In this document: piece after piece, positions 9,688-20,847 of the stretch | Numbering within the stretch: the stretch's first letter is position 1 | How the letters are laid out: every line of letters begins with the position of its first letter | Notes under the pieces: generated by a model | What the model saw: the letters and a program-made list of their open reading frames with translations, nothing else | The model's database searches: none | Told to the model about the DNA's origin: nothing | Translations under genes and position numbers: made by a program | Source: Enoplolaimus lenunculus | Lineage: Eukaryota | Reading direction: 5' to 3' | Length of the DNA: 20,847 bases | Assembly (NCBI GenBank): GCA_030248215.1 | Contig: JASANG010000864.1 | Location: 496,001 to 516,847, forward strand

Positions 9688-9935
9688 CAGAGGCGGATCT
9701 AAAATTTTTTGACGGGGGGGTTGGGTTGGCAAATGATATGAACGGGAAAAATTCGAAAGTAGGGACCTTATCATTTTATTATAAATAAAATTCTGCGGGA
9801 AAAAATTGCGTTTTTTACAAAAATATTTTGTGAGGAAAAACATTGTAAGGTAGAGCCTTTACCATTTCCACACAAATATATTTCCGACGAGAGGGGGGCG
9901 TACGCCCTCCCGCCCCGTGTATGGATCCGCAAGTG
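9688..9935 (+). mobile_element. hAT-like MITE (CAGAGGCGGATC...GGATCCGCAAGTG)
   Basis: Imperfect 13-bp TIR with G-rich subtermini. 8-bp flanks TTGTTATT / TCTTTATA match at 5/8. A related copy lies at 11888-12076. Confidence 0.7.
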
Positions 9936-10924
9936 TCTTTATAACGTCAATTGAGATAACATTGGGTCTGAGGACAACTTTAATTGATCCAATTTGAAGT
10001 GTACTTTACAAATTTTAAATTCAATTCAATTTATTAACCGAATACTTGTTGCCGTTATTTCACTTTGAAGCCCCGTCGCAAATAAAATATTAACAACCGT
10101 GTTGTCCACAGTCGAAATAATTTATTATATTGTAACCATAGGAATTATTAATCGTATCCATCTGTTCGTAGTGAATTTTGATTGAAAACTGTAGCTTTTT
10201 TAAACCGATTCGTAAGGACAGCCACACCTTACAATAAGTCTTACGCAGTTATCACTGTAATCGGACTGCGAAAAAGTTCGACCGGACTCGGAGCTGATAA
10301 GATGAAAAATGGTCATTCAAATCGTTTAAATTTGAGCATATGCGACGAACAACGCTGTCGCAGCTATTTCCAAATAGAATTTGGTAATCGTATAAAAATA
10401 TTAAATTTATTGCTCAGATAAACCTACAAATATAAATACCATATTAGCGGTTAGAAACCCGCTTTCGTTTGGACAAACGTCTTTCTTGGAACCAAAGAAA
10501 GTCAAGACTTAATTTAGAATCATGAATTAATTTGAAAATAGAAATTGTGATAAGCATAACAAACGTGTACCAATCCCAGTACGCAATTAGGCACAGCCTT
10601 CAAACCTCTATGAGGTTTTTGAATCAGATCGTTTAATATGTTTTGGGCCTTTGGCAACTCGTAGTAATTTGTCAGCTTAATGCATCTAAGCTTCATTAAT
10701 GATTTGTTCAAAATACTGTGGCTCTCTCAATGTATTTCTTATTTTATTTCCTACTTAAATTCGAGTTTAAGATTTTAATTTTGAAATTTTACCTCAAAAT
10801 CCTGCATCTTAAACCATCTGTTGATCGGAGTCGTAACATCAAATATATTTTCTAGCTTTGAGCTCAAAAGCAATGATTCATCCTAAAAATGCCAATATTA
10901 ATCTAATCCTTAGAAACTTCAGTC

Positions 10925-11310
10925 TTAATTTGATTTTTTACCTTTTTCTTATTTATGTTTTAAATTTACTTTACTTGTTTTTTAGTTATTTTTAATTTTA
11001 TTCTATTTATTTTAATTTTCTCGTTTTTTATGTTTTAATATATATTATCCACGTTTTTATATTAATATATTTAGTTTTGTTTATTGATTTCTCATTAATG
11101 TTTCTTTTTGTTATTTGTTTCTTTGTTATATTTTTCACTTCTATATATTTGTTTCATATTGTATAATAAGCCTAGTTTTAAGTATTAGTTTCTTACGAAT
11201 AAGGTTTCTTTTCGTCTTTTCGCTTGTTAATGTTTTTGTTTTTACTTATTTTGTTCCTTTTTGTATCTTTAATTTTTGTTTGGTTTTTTCGAAAATTGTA
11301 GTTGTCCTTC
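10925..11310. repeat. T-rich low-complexity tract
   Basis: Strongly T-skewed sequence with very few G/C and no fixed period. Confidence 0.85.
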
Positions 11311-11399
11311 AAGTACTTCCTGGATTTGGACCAAGAAGTAAAGTACGAAAATTGATTACACAAAGCATGTATTCCTATATTTAAGCACTAACTCAAGTT

Positions 11400-11583
11400 T
11401 TATAAGTATATTCAACGTATTTAACTCATAGACAACGAAATAAGACAAAAGTGCGAGGCTCAAATACCAATCAGTAGGTTGCAAAATAAATAACAGTCCA
11501 TAACAGAATAACAAGGAGAGTATATAAGCATTAAAGAGGCAAAATGTATATCCGTCACATCCCTCTTATTCGGGTCACTACAC
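11400..11583 (-). mobile_element. TA-TSD MITE family (18338 type), partial inverted copy
   Basis: CCCTCTTATTCGGGTCACTACAC|TA at 11561-11585 is the family TIR. Upstream AAAATAAATAACAGTCCATAACAGAATAACA and AAGAGGCAAAAT match the reverse complement of the 5' part of the 5697 copy. Left boundary approximate. Confidence 0.75.
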
Positions 11584-11887
11584 TATATCTTGACTGATTT
11601 GCAAAGCTTGGCGCCCTTCAGAGGTCACTCGAGTTTTACCTTTTAAAATTGAGCAAGGTGTGCTACACAGTAATCTGAATGTGGTATCAAACCAAAACCA
11701 AAGATATTGCGTTTTGCCTAAACTGAAACAAACCAGCTATTAAAGACCATAATTCTTGTAAAAAACATAACGGGTATTAAAGGTTTTAAGTAAAAAACAG
11801 AATGTAGCTATGGATCCGTAAAGCCGAATAACCCTAAAACGGATTCAAAATTTGAAATCGAATAGCGTCAGCTCCTTAACCCCCATA

Positions 11888-12076
11888 TACTAGCGATCTT
11901 GAAGGTCGCGTGCGTACACCACCCTCGTCAGAAAATTTTTTTGCTATAAAATGATAAGGTTACTTTATATTCTTTCTCATCGGAAACTTAGCACATATAT
12001 AGCATACAGTAAAAATTGCGTTTCATAACTGTTTTGTCATTCGAGCCTCCGTCAGAAATTTGTAGATCCACCGCTG
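11888..12076 (-). mobile_element. hAT-like MITE, diverged inverted copy of 9688-9935
   Basis: Its reverse complement begins CAGCGGTGGATCTACAAATTTCTGACGG and contains CCTTATCATTTTAT and TTCTGACGAGGGTGGTGTACGC, matching blocks of the 9688 copy. Confidence 0.7.
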
Positions 12077-12577
12077 TTCGCTTACACCTACAACTCTGAA
12101 TCTAAATTTTTCATTACTTATAGCAGCGATACAATGATATCGTTTAATAGTGCCTGGTATATTCGGTGACATTGCTAGTTTCAGGCTTTGATGCAGCGGT
12201 GTCCACGCCTCGCGTATCGCCTGTCCGACCCACATTTGATTGGTAAATTTTCATTTTACACTTACCAAAATGTGTCATGGTTGATATTGAAACGTTGAAT
12301 ATATATTTAATTTTTTCGCATTATTACGCTTGTGGGGATTTTTTTTTCAAGGTTTTATTGGATATTTGATGGTTATATATCATTATTGAACTGAGGCGGA
12401 TTTGACTGGACTGGCCACCTGCTGTGATAGCTAAAAAGGGATGAAGCTATTAATCCGAAGTCTGTCTTGATTTTTGAGGATCATAGCTGGAGTGGGTTTT
12501 TTGGCAGCATGAAAAGCGTAGGCAGCGGCAAACACAACCCGAAATGCAGTTAGAAAATATTACGCTAGTGTTAGAAA

Positions 12578-12676
12578 GGCGTAACAGTAGTATAAGCATA
12601 TTCCTAAGACTAAACTTCAGCAGAAGGACAAACCTATAACTAGCAGCCTAAACTAATACCTAAACAAAAACTTAGT
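12578..12676 (-). mobile_element. TTAGGC-core MITE, decayed fragment (copy 4)
   Basis: AACAGTAGTATAAGCATATTCCTAAG is identical to the same block in the 20210 copy. It is followed by degenerate CCTAAN hexamers and AAACAAAAACTTAGT. Confidence 0.7.
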
Positions 12677-12821
12677 ATATATAGTATGGCCTAAATATTT
12701 GGTGACATACTCATGAATTTTAGATATATACACCGACGTTTTGACAATGTACAGTATATACAGCTCATGAATTGAACTTCGAAATCTTTGATATACTTCG
12801 TCAGTTTCGAACGGTGGCAAT

Positions 12822-12961
12822 CAGAGGTGTAAGCGGTTAAAGATTTTTTACCCGCGATGCGCTTAACCCGCGGAATTTTTATTTTTTCACCCGCGGGTAT
12901 CAAAATTTTCTTACACGGCCCGCGTTTACGTGGTGGTACTCGTGGGTAACGTGTAGCTCTG
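12822..12961. mobile_element. Small hAT-like MITE with ACCCGCGG subterminal repeats
   Basis: Termini CAGAGGTGT...GTAGCTCTG with repeated ACCCGCG(G) motifs. 8-bp flanks GTGGCAAT / GTTTGAAT match at 5/8. Confidence 0.5.
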
Positions 12962-13092
12962 GTTTGAATTAGGAGACGTACGCTCGTCTCTGTGTAGCAC
13001 CAGTCTGCAGTTAGGAACAAGTTGTCAAATTAATTGCGTCATTTGTGGTAATTTGAATTCTACATCAAAGTAGGTTTGTGCAGTCCTGCAAC

Positions 13093-13138
13093 AGCCTATT
13101 TCGGAGAGAGTGAATTTGACTCACCATTTTTTGAAGTA
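13093..13138. mobile_element. Solo TIR fragment of the 13-295 CACTG family
   Basis: AGCCTATTTCGGAGAGAGTGAATTTGACTCACCATTTTTTGAAGT matches 250-294. Confidence 0.85.
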
Positions 13139-13542
13139 TATCATTGTACTCCATAACAGCTCGCAACTTTAGAATATTCCTTGTTTCAAATGTAAATCCA
13201 TGTTAACCTAACCACTCCCTCATTCTTCCGCACCCCTACGATTGCCCAGGGCACCTCTAAGCCCTCGGCAAAACCGATCCACAACACGATTTCAAATACC
13301 TTTGCGCTGTCGATGCAATTCAGGTTAAGTATTGCGTTATTTACGCTTATTTGACTTCTCGTTCAATATTCTAGCCGTGACCCCTATTTTAGCAATAAAT
13401 CCATCCACCTTAGCTATGTATCCCCCTGCTAAAAAAACCCAATTTTCACTATTTACCTCACGATCATGGTATTATCTCATAATGCATTTGCGACCATTTC
13501 CGGTGTGTTGCACAAAATAGCAGTATTACCCTTACATACACC

Positions 13543-13750
13543 GGCCCATGTAAAGATCAGAGGCGGAACGTTTTTCTGTGGGACTAGAATAGAGTAAGCT
13601 TAAGCTTTAGACTAATTTTTTTGCTTGGCTTAGGCTTAGGCTTAGGCTTAGGAATATACTCATTCTTACGCTTAGGCTTAGGTTTTGGCTTAGGCTTAAG
13701 CTTAGGAATATGCTTATAATACTGTTCCTCCCGTGTTCTTTACACTGGCC
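13543..13750 (+). mobile_element. TTAGGC-core MITE, complete minimal copy 5 (208 bp)
   Basis: GGCCCATGTAAAGATCAGAGGCGGAAC ... GTTCCTCCCGTGTTCTTTACACTGGCC forms an imperfect ~27-bp TIR. 8-bp flanks CATACACC / CATCCAGC match at 6/8. Single CTCATTCTTAC unit. Confidence 0.92.
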
Positions 13751-14559
13751 CATCCAGCCAACTATAACGTTTCACATTTATTAGATTTGTTTTAGATTCA
13801 AACTGTGTTTTTGGCTTTTCTTCGTGATACTGAATATTCATTTGAATTTATTTATCCAATGGTGTGTAGATTGCGTCAAAATTACCCATGAAATGGTCGA
13901 TTTCATGACCAAACCCATAATGGTGTGAACCAGAGCCTATGCAGTACCTCAGTGGACCTGCTATTGCTAGGGGGAGTTTAGGCTTAGGCTTACGCTTATG
14001 CTTACGAGGAGTTTCGGGTTTAGCTGGCTTATTGTTTGGTGGACTATTTTTTCTCGTTATGTACTTCTGCCTACTTTCAGTAATTTATTATGTTTTAAAA
14101 TTAAGTTTGATTCGAATTATATGTCAAACTACAGTTTTCGAATATATTAATAAACCGTTACTGGAATGCAAACTGATTTTGATTGGAGGATTGGGAAGCC
14201 GGACCAGATATACCGGATATATTGATTTTTCGCGCGAAAGTATATAAATATATTTTCAACCCGATTAATTTATTTCGAACTTATTTTTTGATGCCGTGGA
14301 AAATTGCAAATTTTAGTTCGTTTGCTTTGAAAATTTTTGGTTCCCCTAGAAAATTGTCAACCTTGCTTATACGTCGACAAAAAACCCTTGTATGCCTCTA
14401 CCGAAAGCCTCCCAGCAAGGGGAGGTGACTACAGACTGGAACGTTTAGCAGCTGCAAGAAGCATAAGTTGCCAGTTTAGTGATAGGTCTTGTAACTTTTC
14501 GAATTAGTCAATCAGTGATTATGAAATTCCACACATTTTGTAGTAGAATTTGCGGAAAA

Positions 14560-14735
14560 TGATGAGCAAGTATGCACCAATAGTTCGTCAAGATAGCACT
14601 GTCACGACATCCATAAACGTTTGTTAGACGAAGTTTTGGCCAGGGCGATCCTATTTCACATTTCACCATTTAATATAATTATTTTTTTTTGCAAATTACA
14701 ACAAAATGTTATGCGTAGCAATTTGCACTCCGACA
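14560..14735. mobile_element. Remnant right end of a CGACA-terminated element
   Basis: Ends GCAATTTGCACTCCGACA immediately before TATATA. Upstream loosely repeated motifs are GCAAGTATGCAC, CAAGATAGCAC and GCAAATTACAAC. No left TIR found; left boundary approximate. Confidence 0.35.
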
Positions 14736-14741
14736 TATATA

Positions 14742-15033
14742 TGTCGTAGGCCAATCTGCCATTCAGGCGAATTACCAATTGGCCTAGACCAATCTGGTAT
14801 TTTATATCATAGCGTTTGACCTAGGCTAAACTGTTATTGAACTTAAAACCAATCAGATTTTATTATTGAGAAACGATGCAACAGCGTTAACCAGTCAGCG
14901 TTGGTTTTACATCACTGTTGTTTTGCTGCACCACTTAATCGTTATTTTGCCTAGGCGAAACTGCTCTTAAGCAAAATATCAGATTGGCCAAGCCAATTAG
15001 TAATTGGCCTGAATAGCAGATTTGCCTACGACA
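14742..15033. mobile_element. Long-TIR MITE with TGTCG...CGACA termini inserted in TATATA
   Basis: 14742-14803 (TGTCGTAGGCCAATCTGCCATTCAGGCGAATTACCAATTGGC...) is inverted at 14973-15033, giving a ~61-bp TIR. TATATA flanks both sides. Confidence 0.88.
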
Positions 15034-15089
15034 TATATATTATACCTTGCGCTATTTGTTTTATGACGTACTTGTTCGTGACAAACAAC

Positions 15090-15485
15090 ACCTGCACGTT
15101 GATACTTCACCTTGAATTCTAACTCTGCGTTCGTGAAGTTACGTTGAGCTTGAGTTGTTTGACGTTTTTAGCTTCAATTTGTTTAAAATTGTAGATATTC
15201 CTTGTTGAAAAAAGTAAATAAAAGATATCCAAATTTCAACGTTGTTTTGCCTTAAAATAAATATTGCGCACAAGTTTCGTTCCCTACGCTTATTGTTCAA
15301 CTTGAATTCGGCGTTCGAAAAGTAAACTCGTTTTGCTCAATTTTGAAAGCGTATATTTTTCACCACACTGTTGTTTAGCTTTATTCACGAGGAGTTGAAG
15401 CTTAAAAGTGAGTAATATATTACGTGTCTTAGTTGAATATACCTTTTTAAGTTGGAATAGATGTTTTAAAACATTTTCTGTAGTG
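15090..15485. mobile_element. Possible CACTA-like remnant
   Basis: Ends in TTTTCTGTAGTG (reverse complement CACTACAGAAAA). Preceded by many TTCAAC/GTTGAA/CTTGAATTC motifs. No matching left TIR; left boundary approximate. Confidence 0.3.
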
Positions 15486-15776
15486 TTTTGACATTTCCTT
15501 CTTAAAGCTGAAAATAAATACTGTAAAATTTAATTTTAGCTACGATGCTAACAGGAGCACTGAAGGCACAAAATTTTCTAGCAGGAGCCATTCCCTTTGA
15601 CCTGCCGTTCCCTTTTCCAATCAACAATTATTACTAGCGGGTTTAAATAATTCCTGCGAAGCATCTTAAGTTTTGCTACACTTGATCTGGTGTTGCCAAA
15701 AAATTTCAACTGCAAGGAATGAGTATGTTTGTAAAGTGGTTGGTGTTCGGTTTTCCTCGAAAGGTATTGTGGTTCT

Positions 15777-16105
15777 GGCTCATGTATAAAACAGGGCCGG
15801 AACAGTAGTATAAGCCTATTCCTAAGCCTAAGCTTAAGCGTATGTATAAGCCTATTCCTAAGCCTAAGCTTAAGCGTATGTATAAGCCTATTCCTAATCC
15901 TGAGCTTAAGCGTATGAATAAGCCTATTCCTAAGCCGAAGCCAAAGCCTAAGCCTACACCTAAGCTTAAGCATCAGCCTAAACGTATGGATGAACCTATT
16001 CCTAAGCCTAATTGTAAGCCTAAGCAAAAACAATCGTCTAAAGCTTAAACTGACTCTATTATAGCCCCTCCGGAAAACGATCCGGCCCTGTTCTATACAT
16101 GGTCT
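15777..16105 (-). mobile_element. TTAGGC-core MITE, complete copy 6 (subfamily B) with 36-bp minisatellite
   Basis: Ends GGCTCATGTATAAAACAGGGCCGGA ... TCCGGCCCTGTTCTATACATGGTCT. Perfect 8-bp TSD GTGGTTCT (15769-15776, 16106-16113). CCTATTCC units occur at 15815, 15851, 15887, 15923 and 15995. Confidence 0.93.
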
Positions 16106-16454
16106 GTGGTTCTGCTGTCGAGTTTGAATGTGCTAATACGCTCACTCGGTCTATAAACGCAATGATTTTAGTTTCTTTAGTTTCACTTTAGCGACTACAG
16201 TAATCCTATTTTAGTGGAAAACTTGTCAGATAAAAGTTGAATGACTTTGGGGCGACGACAGATTATTAATATTCCACTCCGTTAAGTAGGCATCGCCGCA
16301 ACACGCTTAGGTGACGGCTTTTGCGAACAATTAGGCAGTTTTGAAATTAAAATATTCAAATGATCGGGCCTCCGGATTCTTGTACCCTTTCTCACCACAT
16401 TTAACGTAAAGGCGTAGACTTCGCGAACTGCATAGACAAAGGCTTAGGATTATG

Positions 16455-16902
16455 GGCCAATGTAAACATCGAGGGTGGAACAGTTTTTTGTGGGACTAGA
16501 AAAGAGTAAGCTTAAGCTTTAGACTATTTTTTTTTGCTTAGCTTAGGCTTAAGCTTAGGAATATGCTCATTCTTACGCTTAGGCATAGGCTTAGGCTTAG
16601 AAATATGCTCATTCTTACGCATAGGCTTAGGCTTAGAAATATGCTCATTCTTAGGCTTAGGCTTAGAAATATGCTCATTCTTACGCTTAGGCATAGGCTT
16701 AAGCTTAGAAATATGCTCATTCTTAGGCTTAGGTTTAGAAATATGCTCATTCTTACGCTTAGGCATAGGCTTAGGCTTAGAAATATGCTCATTCTTACGC
16801 TTAGGCTTAGGCTTAGAAATATGCTAATTCTTACGCTTAGACTTAGACTTAGGCTGACGAATATGCTTATAATACTGTTCGCCCCTGTTCTTTAAATTGA
16901 TC
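16455..16902 (+). mobile_element. TTAGGC-core MITE, complete copy 7 with 8-unit minisatellite
   Basis: Ends GGCCAATGTAAACATCGAGGGTGGAAC ... GTTCGCCCCTGTTCTTTAAATTGATC. 8-bp flanks GGATTATG / GAATTATG match at 7/8. Units occur at 16566, 16608, 16644, 16674, 16716, 16746, 16788 and 16824. Confidence 0.92.
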
Positions 16903-17436
16903 GAATTATGGATATGTATATACAGACAAACCTTACCCTGTTGTCAAGTTTTCAGTAGTATCAGGGAAATATCCTACTTCCTGCTCTCCGTTGAATAGTC
17001 TTTGAACTAAACTTCACTGCACTTAATATTATTCGTTAAAATAAACAAGCATTACTTAAATATTTTGGAAATGGTAAAGATTACATTTAGGTTTAGGTTT
17101 ACGTTCAAGCCTTAAAAAGCTTACAACCTATTCTGCACATGTGCTCTGTACTGCAGATGTTAAATATCAGCGCTTTACCACTAAACTCACGCGCAATAGT
17201 TTAGGTAATACAAAATGTACCTACGCCGCAATATATTTGCGCACATTTCAACGTCAATATTATTAAATTGAAGAAAACGTTCAGAAAACTTCGACTCGAA
17301 AAATTCTCTCAATATTTGAACAGCTTGCAGTAACCCCAGAGTTGGTGGAAACGTGCATAGTTTAAAATGGTAAATTTATCAAGCATTTAGCTTGCAATTT
17401 TAAAATGGGCGAAAATTATTCTAGATAGGGAAATAG

Positions 17437-17437
<1 letters not shown>

Positions 17438-17510
<73 letters not shown>

Positions 17511-17576
17511 CATACATATATATGTATATATATTTATATATAATATATATTTATTTATTTATTTATTTATATATAT
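17438..17576. repeat. (TA)n microsatellite grading into (TATT)n
   Basis: TA run followed by TTTA repeats. Confidence 0.95.
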
Positions 17577-18337
17577 CTTTGAGTTTTGCCTCCAAAGTCA
17601 TCATTTTGGCCCAAATTACTTCTAGGTGCGCCTGTGTACCACGTGACAGCAACGGTATAACCTTCAGCTTCAGGCTAATTTTTATGTTTCTGCTTAAGAA
17701 GACGCTTCGGTTAAGACACTTCACTGACGCTTAGGTTCGGACTACTGCTACACACCCCATAACCGTCACATTGGCCTGAACAGGTTCTTTTACGGCTAAT
17801 TTGGGTTCAATTTTGCTTAAATGTATTGCTTTTAACTTTAATCTTAATTATTCTGTTACGATCTCGTATCACCGGCTTGTGGTACGTAACTTTTGAATCG
17901 ATATATCGAAGTTTACAAAATTATGTAATACACTTTGTGGGTCGAAATGAACTACAGGTCAAAATTTGACAGCCACTCTCAAGTATCACAGTAGTGTTCG
18001 GTGGTTTGAAAACCTGTCGCTAACTGGTGTTAGCCGGTGGAGCGATTTGAGAATATTCTCGTCTATGCATTAAGCATTAATCACGGCTTAGCAAAGCTAA
18101 AATATAATATTATTTCCTTCAAATATTAATATAATTTTGTTAACACAAAGCTTAGCCGATTCAAAAATGATATATACAGCCTGCGGTATTTTAGACTATC
18201 AACAGCAATTCCTTAAGCTAAGGTAATGTATATATGCAAAACCAGGTATGTATATAGGTAACAGAGAAACACTTTTCATATTTTTGACGCAATAATTGAA
18301 ATGCCTGCTTTTGTCGGTTTAAAATTCAATTGCTGTA

Positions 18338-18719
18338 CTGTAGTGACCCGAATAAGAGGGGATCTGATATTTATTTGGCCTCTTCAAAGGGCCACCCTTC
18401 GTTACTAATATATCAGGTATTGCAACTATCCGCTGAATTAACCGTTTATTTGTCCTGTATCAAAAGCTTGAGCGATAATGCAAGGTTATACGTTGGAATG
18501 TACCTACTTTCAAAACTTAAGTATACTTTAAAGTTGCGAACTCATGTTTATTTGGGCGTGGAATTATTTATGCACTACGAGGGACAATTGACATATACAG
18601 AGTCTAATTAGGGTTAAGATACTCTATCTGCTTACGGATTCTTAGGGATACGGACTCTTATTCATTGGGACCCAAAATGGAGACCCTTTTATTGCCCCCT
18701 CTTATTCGGGTCACTACAG
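18338..18719 (+). mobile_element. TA-TSD MITE (Tc1/mariner-like), best-preserved copy
   Basis: Perfect 24-bp TIR CTGTAGTGACCCGAATAAGAGGGG / CCCCTCTTATTCGGGTCACTACAG, with TA on both flanks (18336-18337, 18720-18721). Confidence 0.92.
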
Positions 18720-19406
18720 TACTCAAGCGGTAAAACAAATAAACTTTTATAAGTACTTGCACCGTTGTGAAATGAAATTCAAGCTTACACACGTCTTTTT
18801 TCAGATTCTCGCAGTGACTGAAGCACAGTTTAAAAATACCATACTGATGCTTGATTCAACATTTGAAAGCTATTCTGAATTTATTTCAACAAAATAGAAC
18901 GCAACTATTATAAGCTTTGACAAATAATTTAGTTTCCATCGAACTATTATACCGATCGGGAGACTAGATAAATAATATTTACTTTAGGCAAACCCTAAAC
19001 TATTACTACTAGAACTATATACCAGTACAAAGGTAATATAGGTATATTTTGACGATTGCATGGATCGAATCAAAATTGTATAGCGACGCTAACCAGAAGT
19101 ATATTATGTAGTTTTGAACAGGTAAAATTTTCCAAATATAAATTTCAACGTTTTAATTGTATTCTCAGCTGGCGACAACGTAGCTACAACTGCATTTAGT
19201 CTAAACTAAAAGCAAAATGTTTTGATGACTCTTGTTCAAAGTTTGGTCTGGCGAGCGGTTTTACGTTAGGTTTAACTATACCAATTGCCAGAAATTGAAA
19301 GGTTTTCTTAGGTACTAATATACATAGAGCAAAACCAACGGCTGATGCTATTTATGAGTCTGTCCGTAGGAAAACACAGGATATTGGCGGACTTAGCCAT
19401 TTGGAG

Positions 19407-19685
19407 GCTTAGGATATAGGTTTAAGTTTCGGATTAGGCTTAGGTTTAGAATTCGCTTTAGGTTTAAAATTAGCCTTACGTTTAGAATTAGTCTTCGGTT
19501 TAGGATTAGGCTTTGGTTTAAAATTTAGACTTAAGTTTAGAATTAGACTTCGGTTTAGGATTAGGTTTAGGTTTAAAATTAGCCTTAGGTTTAGAATTAC
19601 GTTTAGGATTAGGCTTAGGTGTAGGATAACACTTTGTGAACGGGCTAGCGCTCAGGCTTAGGCTTGAATTTAGACTTTGGTTTAG
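19407..19685 (+). repeat. Degenerate telomere-like TTAGGN array with ~54-bp higher-order repeat
   Basis: Hexamers TTAGGC/TTAGGT/TTAGGA/TTAGAA/TTAAAA. GGTTTAAAATT recurs at 19461, 19515 and 19570. Confidence 0.85.
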
Positions 19686-20209
19686 TGGACAAGACGTCTG
19701 TAAGTAACGCGGGCCTAGGGGACAACGGCTATTTAGACAAGAGCATGTGACGTACCCGTTTTTGGATTGAACAAAATGAAAACACCCCGTGAATCTTCGT
19801 TATCATTTAAGAAAGATCCCAGAGTGCCGTTAAGACGCAGGCAACTGCATCTCATAAGCCGCATTCGAAAGAATTGCAGACGAGTTGCGTTTTAATTGCA
19901 AAAAGTTAAAGCTCGACATATGTGTTGTATAAATATTGCAACTGCAGTATGCATATACATAGTTTGCAACTGCATAGCGTCGCGTCTTATTACTGATTAG
20001 ACGTGCAATTCTTGTGTTCCTATGGCAACTTTTGTGAAAAAATGATTCGTCCTACACCAGTTGTAGATCGGGCTAATTAAAATGAAAAAAGTAAAGTTTT
20101 CCAAAACTTTTATTCCGTTGAGGCTGAAATTTTTTGATAATTAAAGTTTTGTAAGTCTTGCAAACTTTTCGCAACAATTTTTTATTAATTACAACCTGCG
20201 GGAATTTTG

Positions 20210-20412
20210 GGCTCATGTATAGAGTAGGGCCGGAACAGTAGTATAAGCATATTCCTAAGCTTAATCCTAAGCCTAAGCCTAAGCCTAGGCGCAAGGATGC
20301 GGTTATTCGTAAGTGTAAGCCTAAGCCTAAGCAAAAAATTTAGTCTAAAACGTAAACTGACTCTATTACAGCATCTCCGGAAAACGATCCGGCCCTGTTT
20401 TATACATGGGCC
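20210..20412 (-). mobile_element. TTAGGC-core MITE, complete minimal copy 8 (subfamily B, 203 bp)
   Basis: Ends GGCTCATGTATAGAGTAGGGCCGGA ... TCCGGCCCTGTTTTATACATGGGCC. 8-bp flanks GAATTTTG / AACTTTTG match at 6/8. Confidence 0.9.
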
Positions 20413-20531
20413 AACTTTTGTTCGGGGCGATGCGACAAAGTTTGGCTAACATCTCGGCGTTTTGATATTTTTGAGTAATTTGTTTAAATTACATGACTTT
20501 TTGCTTCACAAAATTTCCTTCACTTCAATAC

Positions 20532-20685
20532 CAGGACCGCAGTCAGCTCATCTTGCTAGCGGAGGCTAAAACATTTTCAAGCGGTGCATACAAGGATTTT
20601 TGTTGACTTACAAGCATGGATGAACCTTTTCTAGGGGAGCCAAATTTTTTTCAGCCCGCCCCCCCCCCCCTTGGCTACGGTTCCG
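20532..20685 (+). mobile_element. hAT-like MITE (family shared with 7531-7699)
   Basis: Ends CAGGACCGCAGTCA...TGGCTACGGTTCCG. 8-bp flanks TTCAATAC / TTTAATAC match at 7/8. Confidence 0.82.
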
Positions 20686-20847
20686 TTTAATACTCAATAT
20701 ATATATATCCTGGTCTGAGGAATCCGGCGATAGTAAACTTTAGGTAGTTAGCTCTTGTTCAGTTTCTCGCACATTTAACCTTAAGATTTAGGCTCAGGCT
20801 TAGGCTTATGAGCAATACGTAACTGAACTTGAAAAAGAGGATGTACA

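Noticed and set aside
10182..10421. 79-aa ORF with possible acceptor (TTACGCAG) and donor (TG|GTAATC)
   Set aside because: No recognisable domain and no compatible neighbouring exons, so the splice-like motifs could be chance.
15578..16895. PKPK/LRLR/LGLG repeat ORFs
   Set aside because: Same hexamer artefact in MITE copies 6 and 7.
19407..20847. True telomere or chromosome end
   Set aside because: The arrays are short, degenerate and internal, with no long perfect terminal run.

Overview
An AT-rich, apparently non-coding eukaryotic window (probably an invertebrate intron or intergenic region; the host cannot be identified from sequence alone). I find no convincing protein-coding gene, transposase, rRNA or intact tRNA. 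The longest ORFs in the track are reading-frame artefacts of hexamer repeats, inverted repeats or TA/T-rich low-complexity DNA. The window is instead a dense mosaic of short non-autonomous DNA transposons (MITEs), recognised by terminal inverted repeats (TIRs) and target-site duplications (TSDs) of several types: 2-bp TG, TA, 3-bp ATT, TTAA, TATATA and 8-bp. The most striking structure is one family present in 8 copies, 4 per strand. It has GGCCCATG...CATGGGCC ends and 8-bp TSDs, and its core is a telomere-like (TTAGGC)n lattice. Individual copies have independently amplified their own minisatellite variant, always in multiples of 6 bp. Other notable items are a degenerate tRNA(Val-CAC)-like Pol III cassette inside a TTAA/piggyBac-like MITE, TGTCG...CGACA elements abutting at one TATATA site, a 215-bp tandem duplication across a MITE end, and a free-standing TTAGGN array with a ~54-bp higher-order period. 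Superfamily assignments are inferred from TIR/TSD signatures only.
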